Shown here in pieces: positions 49,200 to 61,554 of a DNA stretch of 64,000 bases. The DNA is from Blasia pusilla (taxonomy: Eukaryota), in assembly GCA_050084515.1 (NCBI GenBank), contig CM114271.1:32674001-32738000 (forward strand), read 5' to 3'. Numbering within the stretch: position 1 is the first letter of the stretch; each line of letters starts with the position of its first letter. Below the pieces are notes generated by a model. The model was given only the letters and a program-made list of their open reading frames with translations, searched no databases and had not been told where the DNA came from. A program made the position numbers and the translations under genes.

Positions 49200-50262
49200 G
49201 GAGTCGACAGGGATTGGAGATATCCACGATGATGAGATATGGTCTTGGAGTACCTACGCACTTGTGTCTTAGCGAGCACGGTGGATGCTAGAGAGTGGGA
49301 TTGAGTCCTATAGCAAGCCAGGAGGTTCAGGTGGGAGGGGACGCATGTGCTTTGAGTTTGGAGGATGGACGAGTGCGTAAGGTGCTGCATCCTTCGCAGG
49401 CAACACGAGTCATGAGACATGCTCACGAGGAGTTTGGGCATTTTGGAGTCAAGCGGACGTTTAGCTTGATTCAGATTCAGTAGTGGTGGCTTGGTATGCA
49501 GACTGATGTTCAACAATTTGTAGCCAGATGCATTGTATGTGATAGGGTGCGGGCATCGTTTCAATGCTCTAACACCACACTTGCATCCTTTATCGATCAT
49601 GGGATTAGGGAATCGCTGGAGTTAGACTTTGCAAGGCCTTTACCATTGACGGCCTTTACCATGCCATAGTCGTTACGTGTTGGTCATGGTGGAGCACTTC
49701 TCCAAGTGGATTGAGTTGGTAACATTGCCGGAAAGGTTGAGTGAGGGAGCGGCTTATGCATTTCTTGATAGAGTGCTTAGTCATTTTGGCGCACGAGCAG
49801 AGGTGTTGACAGACCAGGGTACTGAGTTTAGGGGTAATTTAGGCCTTATGTGATTAGGCCTTGATAGATCATCGTACGACTTCTTGAGATCATCGGGAGG
49901 CAGATGGTTTGGCACAGAGAGTAGTGCAGACGGTGAAGAGAGGATTGCGCAAGTATGGACTGTAGAGAGGTCATTTGGGAGATTGGGACCTACAGTTGCA
50001 GTGGTTGGCGATAGGTTACCGCTTTAGTTGGCAAGCATCCTTGGCATCATTTTCATCGTATTTCTTGCTCTATGGGAGAGAGCTAGAGTTATCATTGTCG
50101 ATTTGACGAGATGTGGTTGAGGTACTTGACCTTGACGATCCAGACGTATAGGTACGAGCGTGTTCTCAACAAGTTGAGCTCTTTCCGAGAGTCATGCTTA
50201 TGGCCTTTGAGAACCTGGCTATGCTCATCATTGCGATACTCTGAGGTACACGACTACACGTG
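49200..50262 (+). pseudogene. Integrase of copy C
   Basis: HAHEEFGHFGVKRT, CIVCDR, VMVEHFSKWIEL, VLTDQGTEF, EADGLAQRVVQTVKRGLRKYG; many stops. Confidence 0.88.
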
Positions 50263-51521
50263 GAGAGATTTAGTGGAATAGAAAACAAAATCAAATAAAA
50301 ATTTATAGGGATTTGAGTGGAATAGAAAAAAAAATCAAATAAAAATTTATTTAGTATTATTATAGGTGATTATAAATATTAATAAAGTGGAATAAATATG
50401 ATAAATAACCAAAATTTTATAATTTGTGCCTTAATTCATATATGATGGATAGGGAAAATAAATTTTAATGGAGAAGGACTAGATTTTGTTTAAATTTTAT
50501 GGAAGGATAAAATTACTTAGGGGATTGGGATATCATTTAAATTTGAATGGAGGATTTTAATTACTTAGAAGAGTGAAATGTTATTACTCTTCTAAGATTT
50601 TAGAAAATAAAATTTAAATTTAAAATCTTAAATGAATAATATAATTAATTTTAAAATTAATCGTATTAATTCACATGTGATATTTTGGGAAAGGAAAATG
50701 AATTTGAATCGAAAAGGAAAATAATTTTTTTAATTAAAATAAATTAAAAATTTAGTTAGTGGATGTTATTTTGGTGGGAAGAGTGGAAGTGGAAGGGGAA
50801 GAATAGTTATTATTCATTGTTAGAAAAAAAGAGATTTCATATATGGGAGAGTAGGTTTTAATTTATAATGGAGTGTTAAAAGGAATTGGATGTTATGATT
50901 TTCCACAACATAGGTTTTACACTAGTTATCATAAATATAAAAAATAATTACGGCCTATATAAGTGCTTGTCGACTTGTCCCATCCTAATCAATATTTTGA
51001 AGTTACGAGTTCTAAAATATTATAAGATCATGACACTAGACTAATTAGTGCCATAAGAACACATAATTACAACCCCTACTACTAGGCTATATTAATTAGT
51101 TCTCTCTCGCCTGTTGCCACGTATTCTTGTGGCATTTGGGTGCTAAGTTGATTTCGAGTGTAGGCGTTGAAGAATACATGTCATTTTGCAGTAACTTCTC
51201 AACCATTGCATGTAAATGGAGATGTGAGTCAAAATAAAGACATTTTATAACTCCATTGTGTGTTATATTATTCCATAAGAATCTTGTCTATAGCGTATTA
51301 ATAATTTTTATCCCTTTCCTCTATTCTTCATGTTGTGCTATCTTTCTTATTCTTTCTCATTTTCATATCGTGTTTCCTCAATCAATTCCATATTCTTCTA
51401 CTCTCCACGCCGTGTTATTGTTATCTATGTCGTGTTAGTACTCATTTAATATCTTGGTTAAACAAACCCAAAAACAAGGGCCATATACTGGTTTTATAAA
51501 TTTCTCCACGTTCTAGTCCTA

Positions 51522-51550
51522 ACTAGTTGGTGCCCATGCGATGCACGGAC
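51522..51550 (-). mobile_element. Helitron-type 3' terminus (GC-rich hairpin followed by CTAG-T)
   Basis: Minus strand: GTCCGTGC-ATC-GCATGGGC-ACCAA-CTAG|T. The element body would extend rightwards into the AT-rich sequence; the 5' end was not located. Confidence 0.5.
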
Positions 51551-52846
51551 GTATAATTTTGAATTATTTATCCATTTTGAATTATAAATCTATGTAATTA
51601 AAAGATGATGGAGTGAGAGGAAACCCTCATCAAGTGTTGACATATGTCCTTTAGAGCTTCCTTTGGTGTTGACACGTGTCATTATAAGAGAATAAGCTCA
51701 ATTAAGAGGATTAAATTAAATGAAGAAATGAAATGAAAATTTTAAAAATTTGAAGATAACTCGTACACTAATTAGTGCACAATTAAATTTGAACAATCCT
51801 ATGGGTTTAGACAACTAACTATTTAAAAATTGACACAACTAACTATAAGGTGTTCAAAGTAGTTATCTTCTCAAAATGATAGGAGCTCTCTAGTAATGAA
51901 CTCATAATTACGGCATGTACAAGATCTCATCGTTTTTTTCCTCGCCCATCTAGACTATCCACATGTCATATTCATGCATGTGTTAATTACTCTTTTCTCC
52001 ATCCATCGTGATCCCGTGCACTAGTCAGGACTAGAACTCTTTAAACATTACAAAATTATGAACTCATAATTTTATTTATCACAACATTTACAAGTGCATC
52101 ATTTTTCTAACCATCTGGACTATCCACGTGTCTAACGTGTATAACATTACATGAACGAAAAAGCCTCTAGCACTTGCAGAGGCCACGCACTCGTTATAAT
52201 TATAATGTTCTCCGAGATCTAATGCATATAATCTCGCGCATGCGCTACACAACTGTCCGGTGGAGTCACGTGGAGGTGGCATAGAGCCGTGTCACGAGTG
52301 AACTGGTGCTAACTGTAGAAGTTGATAGTCCTACTACGTGGACTAAACGGGATGCTCCACTGCGTCCACGGAAAGGGAACGGATGGAACGTGTGGACAAA
52401 GATGGATGGTGTTCTCGCCTGCTGCCATCCAAATGGCGGATGTCTCTCCCCTTCGCTTCTGTCTGTCCGTGTCAGTTGGTGGCAACAGGAGGAGCTCAAT
52501 GCGAAGCTGAAGAATCACTCGCTCGATCAGCCTTGATGCGATCGCTGGCTGACTGTAGGCGGCGATCGATGCACTGTTGGGTGGTGTGTTCGGGTGTCGG
52601 GAATAGCTGGACCGCCCGCGCGGCCCTCCATTCGATCCACGGGGCGCGGAGCGCGGGCCAGCCATTGAGGCGGTTGTGGTGATGGTTTTAAGGCAATTTC
52701 TTGCGCAGGATTGGGGTTTCCGAGATTGGATTTGTATGTGGATTCTCTTGTGAGCGGAGCGGGTGGGAGGAAAGGAAGAAGGTTGGTTGGAAGAAGCGAG
52801 AAGAGGTGGGTTGAGGAGGATTCGGCCGTGGGTTTAAGGAGCGATA

Positions 52847-53758
52847 ATGGCGACAATTCCTGGCACAAGAGTCTTAGGGTGCTCGCAAATTTCGCTCACC
52901 GCCAGGATTCCGAATGCCGCTGGAAGCCACAGGCAGAGTGTGGCCGTGCGGAAATCTGTGAATCACTGTGCTTCTCCCTTCCAACCGTCCTCTTCTGGGA
53001 TCCTGTCTAAGAATTGTGGCCAATCCCAGTCTGGATCACAATTTCAAATCCGACTGAGATCCATCTCCAAGTGCTCCTTGCAGCCTCCTGATGAGAGCTT
53101 TTGTCCTTCCGTCGGTACCGCTTCGAATAAGGAGATCCCGAGATCCAGAGCTGCTGCATCTTCCGCGTCTACCGCTCCTTTAGATGATGATGGCTCTGAA
53201 GTTGCGCCGGTCACTTGGGCGGGTGCAAAGCCCATTCCTTTGATACTGTCTGTTGCAGTTGGACTCATCTTGAGATTTTTGGTTCCGAAGCCCGCCGCTG
53301 TTTCGTCGCAAGCATGGCAGCTGTTCGCGATATTCTTGTCTACGATCGCTGGTCTGGTTTTGGCTCCTTTGCCCGTGGGAGCGTGGGCGTTCTTAGGTCT
53401 GACGGTCACTGTTCTGACCAAGACTCTGCCTTTCACCACTGCATTCAGTGCTTTCACAAATGAGGTTCTTTGGTTGATTGTGATCTCCTTCTTCTTTGCT
53501 AGAGGATTTGTGAAAACAGGGCTCGGGGATAGGGTGGCCACCTACTTTGTTAAATGGCTGGGCAAGAGCACGCTTGGCTTATCATATGGACTAGCTGCCG
53601 CCGAGACTCTGATAGCTCCCGCAATGCCCAGCACAACCGCAAGAGCAGGAGGAGTATTTCTTCCTATCATCCAATCTCTGGCCAGTGCCAGCCAGAGCTT
53701 CCCGAATGACAAGAGTTCTAAGAAGTTGGGATCATTTCTCGTCCAATCCCAGTTCCAG
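52847..53758 (+). CDS. DiT2: DiT2 exon 1
   Basis: ATG at 52847 to QSQFQ|GTGGGC. Confidence 0.93.
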
Positions 53759-56700
53759 GTGGGCTTTCAAATTTGTCCGTCCTCCGCTGTCAATTCAACT
53801 TGCATTTCATAGCAGAAAATTCTCTTTTTGCATTGTGCCCGCTTTTTCAATACCGAATTTCATGTCTTGTGTGGGGTGCAATTGCCTGTGCTTTGCGTTT
53901 CCCGTATGATTTCAATGTGGAAGCAGTTTACTTTCAAAGTCCACCGGATCGGGTGGACTTTGAAACTTACCGACCATCGGTTGTTTGGGTGTGCTGATTG
54001 TTGCTACCCATCCACTTCCAATCTCAATTACGTCCTGGAGGTTTAATGAGAACCAATTATTGAAAGCGGGTTCTTACATGACTCTGTTATACACATAGGA
54101 GACAATTATGGTCTAATAGTTATACTGCAGATGATGGCTAGTTTCTGACGCACATTCTAGTAGGGGATACGTTTGATTATCTGCAAATTATGAGTTCTTA
54201 TGTTATGACAAAACGAGTGATATAGAGTCGAATGAGGCATAAGGAATCAAAACTGCACAGTTCGGCGCCAGAATCTAGAGTTTATCTGAGTTGAATTCGT
54301 AAATCACTTTAACTGGTGACCTCATGCATCAAACACACTGTCTGCAAGTGTCGGACACCTGAACCAAGTTATTTAAATTCACACTTCAGATAGAGTCTCA
54401 AATGTTGCTCGCAGGGACACAACACTGTATACACTCCCACAGAATATCGGTCCTCAAATTTCAGTGACCTGATCACCCAGCTTGGGCAGAGTGGATTACC
54501 TGTCAATCCCAGGGAAGTAGCATCCCCTACCTAGAGCATGAATGACCAGTGCTCAGGAGATAACACTTGAGTGCCTGATGTGTGTGATTTGACTAGGCTC
54601 CAGCATTAAGAACTTGGAGAAAAAAAAGATTTCTTCATGGCAGAGCCCAAGTAAATGCACTTCAAAAACCTGAACTCTTTATGAGAGATAGTGACAATCA
54701 GAGATACTTGTCACTATCTCTGATTGTCTCCTACAAGTGATCACAAAGACCAAAAATTATGGGCAGAAACTAAGACCAGGAGGGGTCACTTCTCTCATAA
54801 AGAGTCATGGATTGCTATAGATCTTTTAAGCCATCTTCAGAGATGATTTATAAAAACCCGGATTGGCTCATAGACCATACCAGAACTTAGTTCCAAGTCT
54901 TAAGGGTTTTGCTTCTCATCTAGGCCTTCAAAATATGCCAAAAGCATGTTGACAAGAGAACCCATTCTCCTCCAAAAACGATGTTTCCAGGAAGAGAATC
55001 TTCTTGGTCACTAGAGATCAAGAATGTAACTGAACTGACGTTCACCAGACCGGTAAACTTAGGATTCAGATAAGTATGAAGGGCATTGACTCTCCTAGTA
55101 GCAACTGAATTAAAACCTTTTGGGACAGTATGAGAAAGGCATTACTGTCCCTTATTGTCTTCCAAATTCTGATAATTCCTTTTACCTTAGTGAATGAGAA
55201 ACACTCATTGTAGAGTCTCCCAACCATTTTCTGTTTCTTTTGTAAGGGATTCTTCCACCAACTTTCCTCAAAATTCAGTTTTTGCCGAGGGGCAACAGTG
55301 TGGTCCCTCAGCACTTCATTTACTCTCCCATCCCCCACATTGGTCCCTAAGTTGTGAAATCTGAAGGGCAGGAGTCACCAGAGGCCTGCACGTATTTTCC
55401 ACAGTAAGTGTTGACATCGTGCATTACCTCTATGTCTCTACTCAAGTTGCAGAGCTCGATTCGGTGGAGGTTCACAGCTCCTTATTCAGCGTTTATCAAT
55501 TACAGCCAGCATGGGGTCTTCAACAGGCAGTTCCTTAGATTTTGAAGGCTTTATTGTCTCGGAAAGTTGGCTGTCATGCATTTTTCTGGCTTGGTTATTC
55601 TATCTGGCTATGAGATTATAACTGAGAGGGAAGCAGGGGATCGATTCGTGACGAAGTATTTTTGGTGCTTCTACTTTGGGCATCTCTAGTAGGTTTTTTT
55701 CAAAAGACTTGTGCTTGTTGATGTGTTGGACTTACTAGCACTTATTGTGACTTGTGTTCTCACATTTTCTCTTTCACAAAAGTTAAGTTTCCCCTTCAGA
55801 TCACATTGACTTATATTCGCTTGAGCTTGTCTCTATTTCCAAGAGAAAGAGAATATACATTAAGTAGAAGATGAAAATCTTGTGCTCTTCTTCTGTGCAT
55901 TATACCATGAATTAAGAGGAAGATTCTTCTGCTTTTGTGAAGATAGTCCCACTAATGTATTACTCTTTGCAGCTATTGTACTTAGAATTTCCTAGGCATC
56001 CCTCTAAGAAAGAAGGAAAGTAAATAACCAAGCCGGGAGGGGGAGACCCAAATACTCAAAAGGGTAAAATCCTGCTAGTTGGGTTTCCAGGTTCAGAGAT
56101 GATTAAGTGGAATAGTTTGAGATCAGATGGCTGAGTGATTTGCGTAGTAGGTTTCCATGTTTGTTATGGCTTTCTCAGGAGTGCACTTTTGGGACTGGTA
56201 TGTTCTGCACTATCGCCTGGCCTGGCTTGGCTATGTTCGGCCATTACGGATGGGCAATGTGGACAATTCATTGGACTTTTCTCAGAAATTCCAACTGAAC
56301 CACTTCACAGTGGAATGGAAAACCACTTTCATTCTCTCTTTGTTTGCTGCTAACCTACTCACTCTTTGGAGCAACTCAATTCGTCAGAGCATGTGTAACC
56401 TAAATTGTAACATCAAATTAGTCCAGGGATTATTGATGAAGCCCCTAGCTTATTTCTGCATAAGAAACAGAGAAGACTGAAGAACTTGAGCATTGGTAGT
56501 TGGAAAAGTAGCATTGACCCTCACAGTGACATGGTTGGTTTCTTGTGCAGGCTGCAGGTCATTCAAGTGCCCTCTATTTGACAGGGGCGGCTCAAAATCT
56601 ACTGTGTCTCAATTTGGCAAAAGAGCTGGGCGTTAATATCCCTAATCCTTGGGTTGCCTGGTTCAAAGCTGCTAGTGTTCCAGCCCTTGTGGCCATGCTT

Positions 56701-58429
56701 ACCACTCCGCTTCTGATGTACAAACTCTTTCCTCCGGAGATAAAAAGCACACCTGATGCTCCTGCCATGGCTGAAAAGAAGCTTAAAGCTCTGGGTCCTG
56801 TTACTCAGGGAGAATGGGTGATGTTGGGAACCATGTTCTTGGCCGTGACTCTGTGGGTGTTCGGGTGAGTGATCTTTCCATGCCTTGCTGGAGGGCTTAC
56901 TTAGTTTAGGTCTACGGAATGCATGAAACTTTGTTTTGACTAAGTTTCAACTAGTCCATGGGAATTGCAACTAGTTGCATTAGGCAAATACCTGGGATCC
57001 ATAAGGTGTAGTACACTAGTAAAAGTTTCAATGAGACTGGCAGGTTGAGGTAGGAATCACATTCAGAGGACAATAAACCTCAAGCTAGAAAAAGGCAATG
57101 AATTGGGATTGATACTCATGCGTAAAAGTACGAATCATGATTTGTTTAACGCTGCATACCTCATTGTGATGTTTCTGGTCCTCTGGTGCTCAGCGGGATC
57201 AAATTGTCTAGAACTCCTGATCTACACGTAGATTTTGATCAAGGAATTCTTCTCTGAAAACCACTGTGAACTATCTTCATGACCTTTGTTCTATTGGTAA
57301 TCTTACAGTTTCTGAAATGACTTCGGATGTGATATCAGAGATGCCCTTGGAGTTGCAAGCGTGGTGGCAGCTATGCTCGGATTATCCATTCTCCTCACAA
57401 TGGGAGTGTTGAAGTGGGATGATTGTCTTTCTGAGAAGTCAGCTTGGGACACCCTGGCATGGTTTGCAGTGCTGGTTGGAATGGCAAACCAGTTGACGAA
57501 CTTGGGTCTAGTGCAGTTCCTTGCTGACTCTGTTGGGCAATACCTCTCTGCTTTCTCTCTTGGGTGGCCTGCAACTTTTCTAATTCTTCAAGGAGTCTAC
57601 TTCTTGTCACACTACTTATTTGCCAGTCAGACAGGTCATGTAGGTGCTTTGTACTCAGCAATTTTGGCCATGCAAATTGCTGCGGGTGTCCCTCATATGC
57701 TTGCAGCCCTTGCATTGGCTTTCAACACCAATCTCTTTGGGGCGCTCACGCACTACAGCAGTGGACAGGCAGCTGTGTATTTTGGTGGTAAGGAAAGCTT
57801 CTTAAAGACAAGATTCTACTGTTTTGTGCTCAAACGTGAAAATCAATATGCTGTAAGGGATCCAAGACCAAAAGAGGAATGCAGCCATAATCTTTGAAGA
57901 TGTCAAATGTATTCTGGTGCTGCTAATAAGATTATGAATTACACAGGGAGAATGATGTCTTGAAAGGAATGCAATAGATTAGATCTTTGCCCGAACAGTC
58001 ATATTGGTAATTGATGAAAGATTAACCAGAAAGGAATCTGAAAGGTTTTGTCAAAAAGAGAATTAACAGATGGAGTTGTAATAGTCAGTATGCAATGTTT
58101 CAACAGTGTTGAATGGCTCTTGAAATATTCTACCCCACTGATATAGAATCAAGTGAGAACTGAAGAGGAGAAACCAAGATTTTGTAGAAAATGAACAAAT
58201 ATCTCTTATAATCGTCGGGGTCAATTTGCTGCTGACAACTTGTTTTGCCTTAAGTACCACAAGGTTCAAGTGTGTATGCTTCTTTTAACTATTTTCCTGT
58301 TTCTGTGGCACAGCTGGTTATGTTGAGCTACCGGATGTATTTAGGCTGGGAGCTATTTTTGGAGCATGGAACATCCTGGTATGGGCTGTGGTTGGTGGTG
58401 CTTGGTGGAAGTTCTTAGGTCTGTTTTAA
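52847..58429 (+). CDS. DiT2: Plastid inner-envelope dicarboxylate transporter 2 (glutamate/malate translocator, DASS family); join(52847..53758,56551..56864,57339..57787,58314..58429), 596 aa including a transit peptide
   Basis: DiT2-type motifs WAGAKPIPLILS, LPVGAWAFLGLT, TNEVLWLIVISFFFARGFVKTGLGDRVATYFVKWLGKSTLGLSYGL, PAMPSTTARAGG, FASQTGHVGALY, THYSSGQAAVYFGAGYV, WWKFLGLF*. All three introns are GT-AG with consistent phases (0, 2, 1). Ser/Ala-rich N-terminus. Confidence 0.95.
56551..56864 (+). CDS. DiT2: DiT2 exon 2
   Basis: TTGTGCAG|AAGHSSALYLTGAAQN...LWVFG|GTGAGT. Confidence 0.93.
57339..57787 (+). CDS. DiT2: DiT2 exon 3
   Basis: ATATCAG|A GAT: DALGVASVVAAMLG...AAVYFG|GTAAGG. Confidence 0.93.
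58314..58429 (+). CDS. DiT2: DiT2 exon 4
   Basis: GGCACAG|CT GGT TAT: AGYVELPDVFRLG...WWKFLGLF TAA. Confidence 0.92.
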
Positions 58430-60089
58430 GTTATCCTCTCTCATCTGGCAGTAGATGGTTGTACGGTGTTGATGAACCTTCATGAGATTCTCTCAAGGAA
58501 TTCAGGAGTTCTGCACCTGATGCTAATATTGGGGGTAGTACTATCCCCCAGGAAAGCAGCATCATTCCCTGCAGAGATAATCGTGTTGTTCCAAACATGC
58601 ATATGAACTTTGGCTAATGCTCCCGGGTTGATTCTTGGAAAAATCCAAGGCTTTCACTATCCCAAGAAAAAAATCTCCTGCATGGTGAGTCCAATTTTCG
58701 AAGCTTGAAATCCGGCGGTGAAAGATGTGATGCCAATACACACATGGAAATGGTTCCATAAGTGGGCAGGCTTCCGGAGGACTAGAAAATGAAATCAATT
58801 ATTCTTGCTTCTTTTATTTTGATTTAATTTCAAAATGTCCAATAAAATGAACAAATTGTATGAAGTAAAAAGCAACTTGTTCAGGATTAATTAGCCGAGG
58901 TTTTTTGCCGAACAGGGAAAGGAGCCCAGTTTAGAAATAGTTCATGGTACAAAGCAAACTCACATATTGTTGTGAGTGCTTAATTTATGAGTCTTTTACC
59001 AGGTATTATAGTAGGAGGGTAGTATACTTTATCATGGAGCTCCCTTCACCAAGCCCATTGATGATTATCCTGTCTATATCAGAGCTGTTTTTTGGCGGCA
59101 TTTTTTTATAGTGTAAGGGTCGCTTTCACAATAAAAAGGAAATTCCAGAGTTTGACAAGCAACATGTTGGCAAAGCTGATGTGCATGAAGGTGCTCTGGT
59201 GCTTGTGAACTATAAATTAGTTGCACCCTAATCAAATACTGATATGAAAAAGTCTTCTCACTCACTATTTCTACCATGCTTTAGTACCGAAACAAGTGCA
59301 AGACACAAATGCAATGATTCATTTCCGTTCTGAGAACTTGTAATAGAATTATGCTATTTTTGGTAAGGAAATCAATGTCAATTTCTCTGTAATGTTCTCA
59401 TTAGAAGTTACTAAGTTCTTATGGTTTGCCTACAAGCCATCTTGGCAAGGATTCCATTCCAAAGTTGTGATAAACCCTATACGTGTAGGTATGCCGAGTG
59501 CATCTGCTCCTTTCGTTGTGGTTGTCTGTATTGATTGACCATGTTGTATCCAACATCATTCACTGCTGTGCAACAGAAGCGTAAGTCAAAATTTTGACAA
59601 AACTCACAGGAGCAGGATTGAACTCCAGTGTTTCCCACAGAATTAAAGAAAATACTAAGTAGAAGGACAATATGCAATCTACCTGATGATGCACTTTGCG
59701 TCCCGCAGATCCATTTTATGTTCTTCATGGATAGATCAAGTTCAATTTGTTGTGGGAATTCATCCTTGGTGTAGAGGTGATTATTGCATTTCCTAACAGC
59801 TCCAAGATGCTTAAGTTGTGCTTGATTGGTTGAGTGGTAGGGCAATTTCATGCAGTCACAGATGAACACTGTCCTCACAGCAGCCTTGATATTCTAGCAA
59901 CTTTCAAGAGGAGTTACAGGTATTCCCACATATTGAAGTGCTGCATGGCCAATTCTTTGTACTTCAATTGCTGGGTTAAGCACCTCCAGTTGTCCAACCA
60001 CTTGCGTCTCTTGATAACCTCAATTTTATCCCTGGTGAGGTTTTCATGCACGGCAGATCGCACAAGGCTTCTTCAGGGAGTTTAAGGGA

Positions 60090-60458
60090 TTCAGTGACAG
60101 GCGATTCTCAACTCATATTGGTGGGAAGTCAAATTTTTGTCCATGACTTGCTAGGGTGAGCAAATTGTTGTTTGTCTAATGACTTATGCCTCTCCATGGC
60201 CTATTTTTATTCCTAGGTGAAGGTTTTGTCCATGACAGCTCTCACAAAACTTGTTCTGGGCCCTGACAGAAATTTCAGTGACAGGTGATTCTCAACTCAT
60301 ATTGGTGGGGAGTCAATTTTTTGTCCATGACTTGCTAGGTTGAGCAAATTGTTGTTTGTCTAATGACTTATGCCTCTCCATGGCCTATTTTTATTCCTAG
60401 GTGAAGGTTTTGTCCATGACAGCTCTCACAAAACTTGTTCTGGGCCCTGACAGAAATT
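60090..60458. repeat. About 184-bp near-identical tandem duplication
   Basis: Units start TTCAGTGACAGG at 60090 and 60274; a partial diverged third match lies near 60705-60750. Confidence 0.9.
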
Positions 60459-61259
60459 TTATGAGATTCCCAGATTCAAAGCTGTGCAGAGTCTGTTCTG
60501 ACCGTGACTTAGTAGGTCAATCATATGTAGTTTGTTTGTCTCACCATTTCTGCGTCTGGACTGTCTCTCTTCATTCATAGGTAAAGATATTATGCGTAGC
60601 AGCTCTCACAGGACTTTTAAGAGAGCTAATGGGGAAGCAACGTACGGAAGGTGAAAGGCATTCCCGGATTGAGCAACTAGTGCCTCTCACTCATTACCTG
60701 TTGTTATTTCCAGGTGAAACTTTTGTCCATGGCAACCAACCCTCACAGTACTTGGTCCAGTAGCTTGTGCAAGGGACAACCATGTGTGGGTTTGAGCTAG
60801 TCCCTTCCGTCCATAAATTGCTAGTTGAACATGCACATTTTTTCTAACTTTTGCCTCTTTGGCAGCCCCTCGAGTTGAAACCTCTTTGGCAGCTCCTCGA
60901 CCATGTGAAACTTTTGTCTCTCAAGACTTTATATACAACCTGATTGGATTGGAGGTAAGAATATTTCACAGAGATCATTTTCCACTGCTCCTACATCCTT
61001 ATGTCAGTGAGTAGCTTATAGCAGCATATCTCTATCCTATTTCTTCAGTATTCGGATTTGATGTACATTTCAATTAGTGTGTGGTTACTGACCCCATCAT
61101 AACGTCTCCTACTTCTGCACCTGTCTCCTTGTTCTGGCTACTCTCCCACTTTCATACTTGCCCATTCTTTCAGCTTCTACAGGCCCATGCTTGTTGTGGC
61201 TTCAAGAAAATGCACACTGATCTCCACATTATAACGAAATGTGAATACCTCTTATTTGT

Positions 61260-61554
61260 TGCTGACCGGTGCACAGTATCTGTATCTCTTGGTCCTCTAG
61301 ATATTTTCCCATTGATTTCCTCGTTTCCTGGTTTTCCTTCTCCCCGTTCTCTTGAGACTGTGTTCTGAGGGAAAAATGGGGTTCCTATTATACCTCCATA
61401 GGATTGATATGCTGACTGGGTGCACAGTATCTGTATCTCTTGGTCCTATAGATATCTTCCCATTGATTTCCTGTTTTTCCTTCTCCCTTTTCTCTCGAGA
61501 GACCGTGTTCTGAGGGGTAAATGGGGTTCCTAATATACCTCCATAGGATTGATA
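61260..61554. repeat. About 150-bp imperfect tandem duplication
   Basis: TGCTGAC..GGTGCACAGTATCTGTATCTCTTGGTCCT...ATACCTCCATAGGATTGATA at 61260 and 61410. Confidence 0.85.

Larger units (their letters stand above)
45046..50262 (+). mobile_element. Ty3/Gypsy-DNMT retrotransposon, copy C: LTR fragment, leader, (gag-PR deleted), DNMT, RT, RH, INT; heavily mutated
   Basis: 45046-45140 is the reverse complement of solo-LTR sequence; leader motif GCGGAAGCGCTG is shared with copy A (~16605-16615); pol domains on the plus strand from 45895 to ~50262. Confidence 0.88.

Noticed and set aside
52847-58429. DiT1 (2-oxoglutarate/malate translocator) assignment
   Set aside because: Diagnostic stretches (GAWAF, EVLWLIVISF, GDRVATYFVKWLGKSTLGLSY, AMPSTTAR) follow DiT2, not DiT1 (GAVAL, DPIPWLIAL, GNRVAYQFV, AIPSVSAR).
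59035-59052. TGGAGCTCCCTTCACCAA resembles a miR159/319 target site downstream of DiT2
   Set aside because: Two bases are missing in the part that pairs with the miRNA 5' region, there is no hairpin partner, and it may lie beyond the poly(A) site; likely chance.
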